Below are positions 25,765-33,831 of a stretch of 33,831 nt of DNA, one piece after another; the first letter of the stretch is position 1, and each line of letters opens with the position of its first letter. Made by a program: the position numbers and the translations under genes. Below the pieces are notes generated by a model. The model saw only the letters and a list, made by a program, of their open reading frames with translations, searched no databases and was not told the DNA's origin. The DNA comes from Propionibacterium sp. (GTDB lineage Bacteria > Actinomycetota > Actinomycetes > Propionibacteriales > Propionibacteriaceae), in the NCBI GenBank assembly GCA_012837465.1, contig DURG01000401.1, forward strand, positions 1 to 33,831. The letters run 5' to 3'.

Positions 25765-26401
25765 GTTGGTGTTCCACAGCGGCCCCATGGACTGCGGCAA
25801 GTCGACCATGGCCCTGCAGCTCGAGCACGTGCATTCGACACACGGGCGGCGCGGGCGGGTGTTCAGCTCGCAGGACCGAGCGGGAGAGGGAGTGATCACC
25901 TCACGCCTGGGTCTCACGGCCAAGGCCATCGAGGCGCCCCCGGGGTTCGACTTCTGGCGCTACATCATCGGCGAGCTCACCAGTGGCCGCATCGTCGACT
26001 ACCTGGTGTGCGACGAGGCCCAGTTCTACACGCCAGAGCAGATCGACCAGCTTGCCCGCATCGTCGACGAACTGCAGATCGACGTCTATGCCTTCGGCAT
26101 CCTCGCGGACTTCCGCACCGAGTTGTTCCCAGGCTCGAAGCGGCTCGTGGAGCTGGCCGACCGGATGGAGATGCTCTCGCTCGGCCCGCTGTGCTGGTGC
26201 GGCGCGCGGGGCACCCACAATGCGCGCACCGTCGACGGGCTGATGGTCACGGAAGGCTCACAGGTCGTCGTCGGGGACACCGCCAGCGGGGGAGAGGTGC
26301 GCTACGAGGTGCTGTGTCGCATGCACCACCGCCGGCGCATGACGGCGACGCGGGCCAAGGCCACGTTGTCGCCTGACCCGCTGCCCTTCGACGAGGGCTG
26401 A
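25757..26401 (+). CDS. tdk: Thymidine kinase
   Basis: GPMDCGKST, SRLG, CDEAQF, FGILADFR..LFPGS, and Zn site CWCG..YEVLCRMH. Confidence 0.95.
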   Translation: MAELVFHSGPMDCGKSTMALQLEHVHSTHGRRGRVFSSQDRAGEGVITSRLGLTAKAIEAPPGFDFWRYIIGELTSGRIVDYLVCDEAQFYTPEQIDQLARIVDELQIDVYAFGILADFRTELFPGSKRLVELADRMEMLSLGPLCWCGARGTHNARTVDGLMVTEGSQVVVGDTASGGEVRYEVLCRMHHRRRMTATRAKATLSPDPLPFDEG

Positions 26402-26404
26402 ACC

Positions 26405-27334
26405 TCAGGGCTTCGCCGGCCCACCGAACATGATCTCGTCCCAGCTGGGCACCTTCGCGCGGCGGCGGCGCTTGGTGGGCTTTGGTGCCTCCTCGGCCTC
26501 CACCAGGGGGTCCTGCTGGGGCTCGGCGACCTCCTCGGTCACCGGCTCGTCCTCGATGACGGTGGTGGCCTCCTCGTCCGTGGCGTCCTCGGCGGGCGCA
26601 GCCTCCCCGTCGGGCGCGTCCTCGACGGCGGGTTCGGCCTCGCCGTCGGCAGCCGGTGCCTCGCCGGAGGACGGTAGGTCCTCGGCCGGTTCCATGATGC
26701 CGGTGTAGATCCGCACCGAATCCTCGCTGATGCCGCTCAACATGTCGTAGAGGCTGTCCAGTTCGGAGGTGTCCTCGTTGGACTCGTGCATGAGCTCGGA
26801 GGCGGGCACGTCGTCACCCGGGTGTGACTCCGGCTGCTGCGTGGCACGCACCAGCGCCAACTCGTCGTGCAGGTCGACGGTGTTCTCGTCCTCGGGGGCG
26901 GCACCCAACTGCTCCTCGCCGATCATCCAGCGGGCATCGGGGTTGTGGGCCACCGAGAACCGGCCCTTGGGGTCGAAGATGAACTCGGCGGTGCGCTCTT
27001 CGGCGGCCACGTCGACGGGGAGGTGCGCCACCACGCGCCACTTCAGGTCCGACTGGCGCCAGGCATCCCACCGGATGTCATCGGCGTCGATGCTGCGGGA
27101 GCGGAGCCGGGCGGAGATCAGTTCGCCGAGCCTACGGTGGGTGCCGGCCTCGCCGCGGCGGCGGATGGTCGCAGCCTGTGCCTGCTGCGCCATGTGCTCA
27201 CGCTCGGCCAACACGGGGCCCGCGAAAGCGTCGATGTGCTCGGCGGACATGCCGCTCTCGGCCACCAGGTCGGCGACGGATGCGCCCGTGCGGATTCGGG
27301 CCTGGATCTCCCGTGGGGTCAGGGACTCGTCCAT
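26405..27334 (-). CDS. sepH: Septation protein SepH (DUF3071)
   Basis: LTPREIQARIRTGAS HTH, FAGPVLAER, WDAWR, acidic disordered linker and C-terminal RAKVPSWDEIMFG. GAGGAG RBS before ATG 27334. Confidence 0.9.
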   Translation of the reverse strand: MDESLTPREIQARIRTGASVADLVAESGMSAEHIDAFAGPVLAEREHMAQQAQAATIRRRGEAGTHRRLGELISARLRSRSIDADDIRWDAWRQSDLKWRVVAHLPVDVAAEERTAEFIFDPKGRFSVAHNPDARWMIGEEQLGAAPEDENTVDLHDELALVRATQQPESHPGDDVPASELMHESNEDTSELDSLYDMLSGISEDSVRIYTGIMEPAEDLPSSGEAPAADGEAEPAVEDAPDGEAAPAEDATDEEATTVIEDEPVTEEVAEPQQDPLVEAEEAPKPTKRRRRAKVPSWDEIMFGGPAKP

Positions 27335-27515
27335 TGGACTCCTCGTGCGGCTGGCTACTGTGTGGGCCAACTTACCAGCGTGCGCGCGCCTACCGCGAGA
27401 GGCCGCTCCGCAGGCGGAGGACATTGGGGTGGACAATCAACCGCCGCCCCGGTATCTATGCCAGCACCTTATGTGATACACATAGCGCGATCGTGGCAAC
27501 GAAAGGAACCAACGG

Positions 27516-27812
27516 ATGGCAACGGACTACGACGCTCCCCGCAAGACCGACGAGGAGATGAGCGAGGATTCGCTCGAGGAACTGAAGTCCCGTCGGGCCG
27601 ACCAGAACTCTGGGAAGGTCGACGAGGACGAGGTCGAGGCTGCCGAGACGTTCGAACTGCCCGGAGCGGACCTCTCGCACGAGGAACTGACCGTGCGGGT
27701 CCTCCCCAGGCAGTCGAACGAATTCACCTGTGCGTCCTGCTTCCTCGTGAAGGCGCGCGCCCAGTTGGCCGAGGAGAAGAACGGACAGTTCTACTGCGTG
27801 GACTGCGTCTGA
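27516..27812 (+). CDS. DUF4193 family protein
   Basis: MATDYDAPRK, DSLEELK, FELPGADLS.EEL.VRVLP, EFTC..CFLV and C..C. GAAAGGA RBS. Confidence 0.92.
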   Translation: MATDYDAPRKTDEEMSEDSLEELKSRRADQNSGKVDEDEVEAAETFELPGADLSHEELTVRVLPRQSNEFTCASCFLVKARAQLAEEKNGQFYCVDCV

Positions 27813-27813
27813 C

Positions 27814-28098
27814 TCAGGTCAGCTTGCTGCGGAGCTTGCCCGGGCCGGCATGGTTGTAGTTGGCCATCCAGCGCTGGTGCACGACCCGGTTCATCACCAG
27901 TTGTGCCATGCCGACGCCCAGGCCGCTCGCGCCTGCCCAGATGAGGGCCTTGGTCAGCGGAACCTCGGGATCATTCGGGTCCGGGGGAATGTCGCCAGTG
28001 GTGGCCTCCCACACCTTGGTGACGAGCTTCTGGGTCACGATCGTGGTGACGGCGCCCGCCACTCCCGCGTAGACCTTCCACATGATCTTCTCGGTCAT
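27814..28098 (-). CDS. DUF4235 family small membrane protein
   Basis: Two hydrophobic segments around W..TG..PPDP.DP..L..AL.WA. AAAGGAAG RBS. Start 28098 or 28104. Confidence 0.8.
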   Translation of the reverse strand: MTEKIMWKVYAGVAGAVTTIVTQKLVTKVWEATTGDIPPDPNDPEVPLTKALIWAGASGLGVGMAQLVMNRVVHQRWMANYNHAGPGKLRSKLT

Positions 28099-28167
28099 TG
28101 CCATTGGGGGCTTCCTTTCGCTGGGACCAGATCACTGCCCATTATGCCCTCGCGTTAAGGTGACCAA

Positions 28168-28614
28168 GTGACCTATTCGGAACGTCTGCACATCCCCGTG
28201 TGGTGGATCGTGCTCGCCATCTTTTTCGTCGCCAGCGTGGGCGTCGCGGTGATCGCGTACCTGGAACTCTGGCTCGCCATCACCGTCATCGTGCTGACCC
28301 TCGTCGGGGTCGCGGTGGGGCTGTTCGCCTACAGTCGCACCCAACTTCGCGTCGACGTCGACGCGTTCACCGCTGGGCGCTACCGCCTCGAGCACGAGTA
28401 CCTCGGCGCGGTGAGCGCCTATGAGGGCGAGGCCGCACGAGAGGTGCTCGGCCCCAAGGCCGACCATGATGCGTTCCTCTTCACGCGCCCCTACATCAGC
28501 GGCCTGGTCCGCATCGACGTCGAGGACGACGCGGATCCGCACTCCTGCTGGCTGGTCAGCACCCGCCGCCCACACGAACTGGCCGCCGCCCTCGCCAAGG
28601 AGCCCGTCGCGTGA
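28168..28614 (+). CDS. DUF3093 family membrane protein
   Basis: YSERL..P.WW, two TM helices, RPYI, D.ADP...[11 protein letters not shown]. Directly upstream of dut. TAAGGT lies 6 nt before the GTG. Confidence 0.88.
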   Translation: MTYSERLHIPVWWIVLAIFFVASVGVAVIAYLELWLAITVIVLTLVGVAVGLFAYSRTQLRVDVDAFTAGRYRLEHEYLGAVSAYEGEAAREVLGPKADHDAFLFTRPYISGLVRIDVEDDADPHSCWLVSTRRPHELAAALAKEPVA

Positions 28615-29048
28615 ACATCCCCACCGTCGCCGCCGAGGGCAGCCTGCCCACCTACGCCCATCCCGGTGACGCCGGGGCGGACCTGCGGGCCACGGAGGAC
28701 GTCGTGCTCGAGCCGGGGGAGCGCCGGCTCGTCGGCACCGGGGTCGCCCTCGCGCTGCCCGACGGCTACGTCGGGCTCGTCACGCCCCGTTCCGGCCTCG
28801 CCGCACGGGCGGGGCTCAGCATCGTCAACGCCCCCGGCGTGATCGACTCCGGCTACCGCGGCGAGATCAAGGTATGCCTGGTCAACCTGGACCCGCGCGA
28901 GACGGTGCGGCTGAGCGCGGGGGACCGCATCGCGCAGTTGCTCGTCATGCCGTTCGCCACCGCGTCGTTCATCGAGGTGGACACGCTCGATGAGACTGTC
29001 CGCGGTGATGGTGGGTATGGTTCAACTGGTGGGTTCACCAACCACTGA
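28611..29048 (+). CDS. dut: dUTP diphosphatase
   Basis: All five motifs present: [29 protein letters not shown] and [10 protein letters not shown]. Confidence 0.97.
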   Translation: MNIPTVAAEGSLPTYAHPGDAGADLRATEDVVLEPGERRLVGTGVALALPDGYVGLVTPRSGLAARAGLSIVNAPGVIDSGYRGEIKVCLVNLDPRETVRLSAGDRIAQLLVMPFATASFIEVDTLDETVRGDGGYGSTGGFTNH

Positions 29049-29066
29049 GACCAGAAGGATGTTCCT

Positions 29067-29786
29067 GTGATTTTCGGACGCAAGAAGCGCGCCGCCACCG
29101 AGGCCGAGGAGGCCGTCGTCGACACTGTCGACGAGGTGGAGGCCGAGGAGGCGGAGGCGGCCGATGAGCCGTCATCGATCGAGGAGCAGGCGGCCCTGTG
29201 GGACGCGGACTTCGACCGCGACTGGGGCCCCTTCGACATCGACGAGGTGGAACTCGAGGCCGATGCCGACGAGGTCAAGCGCCTCGACCTGGGCACCCTC
29301 GTGCTCACCCCCTTCGAGGGCATGACCCTGCAGTTGCAGGTCAACAAGGAGACGAACAAGGTCCAGTCGCTGCTGGTCGGCGACGGCCAGTCCGCGCTGG
29401 AGGTCGGCGTGTTCGCCGGCCCCGCCAAGTCGTCGATGGTCGACGAGATCCGCTCGGAGATCATTCGCGTGACGCAGCAGCAGAAGGGCCGCATCGAACT
29501 GGTGCAGGGCCCCTTCGGCGCCGAGGTGCGCCGCGCGCTGCCCGTGACCGACCCCAACGGCAACCCAGCGATGCACGTGTCCCGCACGTGGCTCGTCGGC
29601 GGGCCGGGCTGGGTGCTGCGGGGCGTGCTGCTCGGCAAGGCCACCTTCGAGCCCACCAACAAGGAAGCGCAGCTCGCCCTCGAGGAGTTCTTCAGCAACC
29701 TGGTGGTGCGCCGCGGCACCGAGCCTGCGGCCCCCGGCAGCCTCCTGCCCATGACTGTGCCGCAGCAGACCCAGGGGGAGGGCTGA
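29067..29786 (+). CDS. DUF3710 family protein
   Basis: FGRKK N-terminus, GPFD, RLDLG, FAGP, GPFGAEV, GPGWVLRG and VVRRG.EP..PG..LP. Downstream of dut. Confidence 0.88.
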   Translation: MIFGRKKRAATEAEEAVVDTVDEVEAEEAEAADEPSSIEEQAALWDADFDRDWGPFDIDEVELEADADEVKRLDLGTLVLTPFEGMTLQLQVNKETNKVQSLLVGDGQSALEVGVFAGPAKSSMVDEIRSEIIRVTQQQKGRIELVQGPFGAEVRRALPVTDPNGNPAMHVSRTWLVGGPGWVLRGVLLGKATFEPTNKEAQLALEEFFSNLVVRRGTEPAAPGSLLPMTVPQQTQGEG

Positions 29787-29789
29787 CGC

Positions 29790-30149
29790 ATGCCCGGAGG
29801 GTCGCTCGTAGAGCGGCTGCGACGGTGGCTCACGCCCATCGAGGAACTTGAGGCGACTGAGCTTCGCCAGCGTGCCGAGGACGCCGGCGCGGAATCCGTC
29901 GCTGCCGCCGCACCCCGCAGCAAGGTCACGCTACGTGGCGAGATCACGTCCATCACCTCGGACGCCAAGAACGGCTGGCTCGAAGCCGAGGTCCACGACG
30001 GCTCGGGCGCGGTGCGCCTGGTCTGGATGGGCCGCAGCCGACTCGAGTGCCTGATGCCCGGCCGACACATCCGCGTGACCGGCCGCCTCGCCGAGGAGGA
30101 CGGCAAGCCCGTGATCTTCAACCCCGACTTCGAGGTGCTGCCCTCCTAG
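29790..30149 (+). CDS. OB-fold nucleic-acid-binding protein
   Basis: LEAEVHDGSG.V.LVWMGR...PG..I.V.GR...IFNP. Conserved position after DUF3710. Confidence 0.85.
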   Translation: MPGGSLVERLRRWLTPIEELEATELRQRAEDAGAESVAAAAPRSKVTLRGEITSITSDAKNGWLEAEVHDGSGAVRLVWMGRSRLECLMPGRHIRVTGRLAEEDGKPVIFNPDFEVLPS

Positions 30150-30151
30150 GG

Positions 30152-30850
30152 CTACTCGTCGTCGGCCCCCTCCTCGTCGGCGCCCTCCTCCGCCTCCGGG
30201 TCAAACAGTTCGGCCAGGTCTGGCTCGGAATCCTGGGTCACCAGGAACAACAACTCGTCGAGCGCCTCGAACGCGCGGTCGCGCTCTGGCGGCAACGGGG
30301 CGCCGTCGCGGATGATTGCCACCACCACCACGTCGCCGGGCAGTTCGATGTCGCGGATGCGGCGCCCGATGAAGCGGGACCCGGGCGGCAGGCGCACCTC
30401 TGACAGGTGGGTTGTCGACTTGGTGAACGTGAGGAGGCGCACCAGGTCGCCGGTCGAGACGGCCTCCTCCACCAGCGCCGACATCAGCCGTGGCGTCGAG
30501 ACGGACACGTCGACGCCCCACTGGTCGTCGAACATCCACTCGTTGCCAGGATGGTTCACGCGGCCGACGGTGCGGGGCACGCCGAACTCGGTCTTCGCGA
30601 GCAGGGAGTGCACGAGGTTGGCCTTGTCGTCGCCGGTGGCGGCGATGGCGACGTCGTAGCGGTCGAGTTCGGCCTCCTCCAAGGAGCTCAACTCGCAGGC
30701 GTCCGCCTCGAGCCACACCGCGCCGGGCACGGCGTCGGGCTTGATGGCGGCGCGGTCATTCTCGATGAGCAGGATCTCGTGGCCGTTGGCGATCAGTTCA
30801 CGGGCGATGGAGCGGCCCACATTGCCGGCTCCCGCGATGGCGACGCGCAT
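30152..30850 (-). CDS. trkA: TrkA/RCK family potassium uptake regulatory protein (CeoC-like)
   Basis: Rossmann GAGNVG, TGDDKANL, RVNHP and an RCK_C domain. Confidence 0.92.
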   Translation of the reverse strand: MRVAIAGAGNVGRSIARELIANGHEILLIENDRAAIKPDAVPGAVWLEADACELSSLEEAELDRYDVAIAATGDDKANLVHSLLAKTEFGVPRTVGRVNHPGNEWMFDDQWGVDVSVSTPRLMSALVEEAVSTGDLVRLLTFTKSTTHLSEVRLPPGSRFIGRRIRDIELPGDVVVVAIIRDGAPLPPERDRAFEALDELLFLVTQDSEPDLAELFDPEAEEGADEEGADDE

Positions 30851-30861
30851 GGGGGTGCCTC

Positions 30862-31524
30862 CTAGTTCCGGGCCGGGGGCGCGGCGAACAGGGTTTCGAG
30901 GAAATCGATGTGATCGGTGTAGCAGGCCACGTAGATCAGGTCGCCGTCCTGGTAGATGGTGTCGCGGTCCGGGACGACACCGCGGCCGACGCGCTGCACG
31001 AAGGGAATGGGCGCATCCGCGGCGGCCGACAACTCACTGATGCGACGGCCGACCCACCCGCTGTGCACGTGGATCTGCATGAGGCGCGCCTCGCCCGTCG
31101 GGTCGGACCACACCGGCTGGCTGCCAGCGGGCAGCAGGCGCCGAAGCATCTGCGTCACCGTCCACTTGACCGTGGCGACGGTGGGGATGCCGAGGCGCTC
31201 GAAGACTTCCGCGCGGCCCTGGTCGTAGATGCGGGCCACCACGTTGTCGATGTGGTAGATCTCGCGCACCACCCTGGCCGAGAGGATGTTGGAGTTGTCG
31301 CCGGAACTGACGGCGGCGAAGGCATCGGCTCGACGGATACCGGCGGCCTCGAGCACTTCCCGGTCGAAGCCGACCCCCTCGACGGTGAGCCCCTTGAACT
31401 CGTGGCCGAGGCGGCGGAAGGCCTCCGGATCCTGATCGATGACGGCGACGCTGTGGCCCCGTTTCTCCAGCCCCGTGGCGAGCATGGCGCCGACGCGGCC
31501 GCAGCCCATGATGACGATGTGCAC
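30862..31524 (-). CDS. trkA: TrkA/RCK family potassium uptake regulatory protein (CeoB-like)
   Basis: VHIVIMGCGRVG, GVGFDR, SSGDNSNI, VVARIYD and RLGIPTVATV. GAAGGAG RBS before GTG 31524. Confidence 0.92.
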   Translation of the reverse strand: MHIVIMGCGRVGAMLATGLEKRGHSVAVIDQDPEAFRRLGHEFKGLTVEGVGFDREVLEAAGIRRADAFAAVSSGDNSNILSARVVREIYHIDNVVARIYDQGRAEVFERLGIPTVATVKWTVTQMLRRLLPAGSQPVWSDPTGEARLMQIHVHSGWVGRRISELSAAADAPIPFVQRVGRGVVPDRDTIYQDGDLIYVACYTDHIDFLETLFAAPPARN

Positions 31525-31618
31525 GGTGGCTCCTTCGCGGAATCGATGTGCCGGTGGAGACGAACATAGCACCAGACTGGCGATGACATTTGTGCCCAAC
31601 AGGTCTACCTTGAGCCTT

Positions 31619-33613
31619 GTGAACGTGATCTCGGCGGTGAAGCGCATGGTGGTGGGCCGACGGTTGTCCAACACCCAGATGGGGGAGACGTTGCTCCCCA
31701 AGCGCCTCGCCCTGCCCGTGTTCGCCTCCGACGCCCTCAGCTCCGTCGCCTACGCCCCGGACGAGATCCTCATCACCTTGTCCCTGGCCGGGATGGCGGG
31801 CTTCTTGTTCTCCTGGGAGATCGGACTCGCCGTCGCCGTGGTCGTGGCCGTCGTGGTGGCCTCCTACCGCCAGACCGTGCACGCCTACCCCAGTGGCGGC
31901 GGTGACTACGAGGTCGCGCGGGAGAACCTGGGCTCCAACGCCGGGCTCACCGTCGCCTCGGCGCTCATGGTCGACTACGTGCTCACCGTCGCGGTGTCGG
32001 TGTCGGCCGGGGTGATCAACGCCAAGGCCATGGCCCCGTTCCTCGCCGGCTACGAGGCGTGGACCGCCGTCGGCGTCATCGTCTTCCTCACCCTGGTGAA
32101 CCTGCGCGGCACCCGCGACTCCGGGGCGGCCTTCGCCATCCCGACCTATGTCTTCATGGTCTCCATGCTGTCGATGCTCGCCATCGGCCTGTTCCGCATC
32201 TTCGCAATGGGCCAGAACCTCCAGTCCGAGACCGCGGACCTCATCGTCGTGCGGCCCGATGGCGCGCAGGAGATCGCCGGCTGGGCCCTCGTGGCCATCC
32301 TCGCGCGCGCCTTCTCCTCCGGCTGCGCCGCGCTCACCGGCGTCGAGGCCATCAGCAACGGCGTGCCCTCCTTCAAGCCACCGAAGAGCCGCAACGCCGC
32401 CACCGTGCTCGCAATGCTGGGAGCCCTGGCCATCACCATGCTGGTGGGCATCATCCTGCTGGCCAACCTCACCAAGGTCCACCTCATCGATGAGTTGACC
32501 GGCACCCACTACGTCGACCAGGACGGCAACACCATCCACAGCGCCGCCACCACGGTGACCGGTCAGTTGGCGCGCGTCGTGTTCATGGACTGGTTCGAAC
32601 CCGGCTTCTACATCATGGTCACCGCGACCATGCTCATCCTCTTCCTGGCCGCGAACACGGCCTTCAACGGCTTCCCGTCGCTGGCCTCCATCCTGGCCAA
32701 GGACGGATACCTGCCGCGCCAACTCCACACGCGCGGGGACAGGCTGGCGTACTCCAACGGCATCGTGATGCTCTCGCTCGGCGCCATCGTGCTGGTGCTG
32801 GCGTTCAACGCCTCGGTGACCGCCCTGATCCAGCTCTACGTGGTGGGCGTGTTCATCTCCTTCACCCTCGGCCAGATGGGCATGGTGCGGCACTGGAGCA
32901 CCAAGTTGGGCACGGAGAACGACCCGATGGAGCGGCGCCGGATCGTGCGCAGCAGGCTGATCAACTTCGTCGGCGCCGTCCTCACCGGGGTCGTGCTGGT
33001 CGTGGTGCTCGTGTCCAAGTTCACCCACGGCGCCTACCTCGCCGTCGTGCTCATGGCCCTGATCTTCGTGGTCATGCTCGCCATCTCGAAGCACTACTCG
33101 GCCGTCGAGCGCGAACTCGCGCTCACCCCGGATTCAGACCGGGCACTGCCCAGCCGCGTGCGGGGCGTCATCCTCGTCCAGCGCGTGAACCTGCCCACCT
33201 CCAAGGCCATCGCCTTCGCGCGCGCCACCCGCCCGACCACCCTGACCGCGGTGACGGTCGCGGTCGACGACGACGAGGTCGACCAGGTCCTCGACGAGTG
33301 GGAGGCCGAGGACTTCGGGATCCCGCTGAAGGTGATCGCCTCGCCCTACCGCGAGATCACCGGGCCGTTCATCCGCTACGTGAGTCAACTGCGCACCGAG
33401 AACCCGCGCGATGTGGTCAGCGTCTACATCCCCGAGTACGTCGTGGGGCACTGGTGGGAACAACTGCTCCACAACCAGACGGCACTGCTCATCCGCACGC
33501 GGCTGCACTTCATGCAGAGCGTCATGGTGACCTCGGTGCCGTACCAACTGCGCAGCTCAGGCCGGCGCAAGGACCAGACCAAGAGGGTCTCGGAAGCGAG
33601 GGTTCGTCGATGA
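31619..33613 (+). CDS. APC-superfamily permease, KimA/YdaO-like K+/H+ symporter
   Basis: ALPVFASDALSSVAYA, SYRQ..AYPSGGG.Y, VDYVLTVAVS, NLRG, CAALTGVEAISNG and cytoplasmic PEYVVGHWWEQLLHNQ. TACCTT lies 7 nt before GTG 31619. Confidence 0.88.
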   Translation: MNVISAVKRMVVGRRLSNTQMGETLLPKRLALPVFASDALSSVAYAPDEILITLSLAGMAGFLFSWEIGLAVAVVVAVVVASYRQTVHAYPSGGGDYEVARENLGSNAGLTVASALMVDYVLTVAVSVSAGVINAKAMAPFLAGYEAWTAVGVIVFLTLVNLRGTRDSGAAFAIPTYVFMVSMLSMLAIGLFRIFAMGQNLQSETADLIVVRPDGAQEIAGWALVAILARAFSSGCAALTGVEAISNGVPSFKPPKSRNAATVLAMLGALAITMLVGIILLANLTKVHLIDELTGTHYVDQDGNTIHSAATTVTGQLARVVFMDWFEPGFYIMVTATMLILFLAANTAFNGFPSLASILAKDGYLPRQLHTRGDRLAYSNGIVMLSLGAIVLVLAFNASVTALIQLYVVGVFISFTLGQMGMVRHWSTKLGTENDPMERRRIVRSRLINFVGAVLTGVVLVVVLVSKFTHGAYLAVVLMALIFVVMLAISKHYSAVERELALTPDSDRALPSRVRGVILVQRVNLPTSKAIAFARATRPTTLTAVTVAVDDDEVDQVLDEWEAEDFGIPLKVIASPYREITGPFIRYVSQLRTENPRDVVSVYIPEYVVGHWWEQLLHNQTALLIRTRLHFMQSVMVTSVPYQLRSSGRRKDQTKRVSEARVRR

Positions 33614-33831
33614 CGGCCGAGATGTTGCTGGAACGGGTCGCCCATGGCGGCCTGGTCGTTGGCCGGCTCGACGGCAAGGTGGTGTTCACCACCGGCGGGC
33701 TGCCGGGGGAGCGGGTGCTGGTCGAGGTCACCGACCGGGGTAGCCGCTTCGACCGGGCCCGCGTCGTCGAGGTGGTGGAGGCCGCGCCCGGCCGCGTCGA
33801 GCCGCCCTGCCCGATCGCCGGGCGCTGCGGC
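33610..33831 (+). CDS. TRAM-domain class I SAM-dependent RNA methyltransferase (RlmD/TrmA family), 5' fragment
   Basis: Manual translation gives MTAEMLLERVAHGGLVVGRLDGKVVFTTGGLPGERV...RVEPPCPIAGRCG. ATGA overlap with the permease stop. Runs off the right edge. Confidence 0.9.
   Translation, partial: MTAEMLLERVAHGGLVVGRLDGKVVFTTGGLPGERVLVEVTDRGSRFDRARVVEVVEAAPGRVEPPCPIAGRCG

Noticed and set aside
26384-26410. cccttcgac...ctcaggg at the tdk/sepH junction resembles the REP outer stem
   Set aside because: Nearly all of it is coding sequence (tdk PFDEG-stop, sepH P-stop) and the inner hairpin is absent. Probably chance.
30155-30191. Imperfect 15-bp tandem repeat encoding EEGAD EEGAD
   Set aside because: Low-complexity acidic tail of TrkA, with no sign of a separate function.
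31525-31618. Possible c-di-AMP (ydaO) riboswitch before the KimA-like gene
   Set aside because: The spacer is only 94 bp, is shared with trkA, and the gene looks leaderless. No riboswitch motif is recognisable.

Overview
This is a 33.8-kb, high-GC actinobacterial chromosome segment. Gene content and order suggest Propionibacteriaceae (inference, not a database result). It is mostly core genome. From left to right: a DEAD-box helicase running off the left edge, DUF3107, a PP2C phosphatase, a stand-alone LigD polymerase domain divergent from adnA-adnB-nudC, a small Cys/His zinc-finger gene, and topoisomerase IV parE and parC. parE and parC converge around an LldR-type regulated L-lactate cluster (permease, lutABC) and a beta-carbonic anhydrase. 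Further right: App1 phosphatase, DUF5998, an NPP/alkaline phosphatase-family gene, a GT4 glycosyltransferase, tdk, sepH, DUF4193/4235/3093, dut, DUF3710, an OB-fold gene, two TrkA/RCK genes, a KimA-like K+ transporter and a TRAM-domain RNA methyltransferase cut by the right edge. I saw no rRNA, tRNA, CRISPR array, transposase, integrase or defence system. The most interesting signals are non-coding. (1) A ~415-bp REP/REPIN- or MITE-like element after parE has ~61-bp inverted arms, an internal 16-bp stem and a third degenerate repeat. (2) A ~125-bp divergent spacer carries an exact PafBC/RecA-NDp DNA-damage promoter motif for parE and an exact SigH/SigR-type motif for the zinc-finger gene. (3) A degenerate PafBC motif lies upstream of adnA. 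(4) The helicase may start at CUG behind a structured leader. (5) Several genes look leaderless, some with back-to-back promoters. I cannot claim a clearly new biological system; these are the leads best worth testing.
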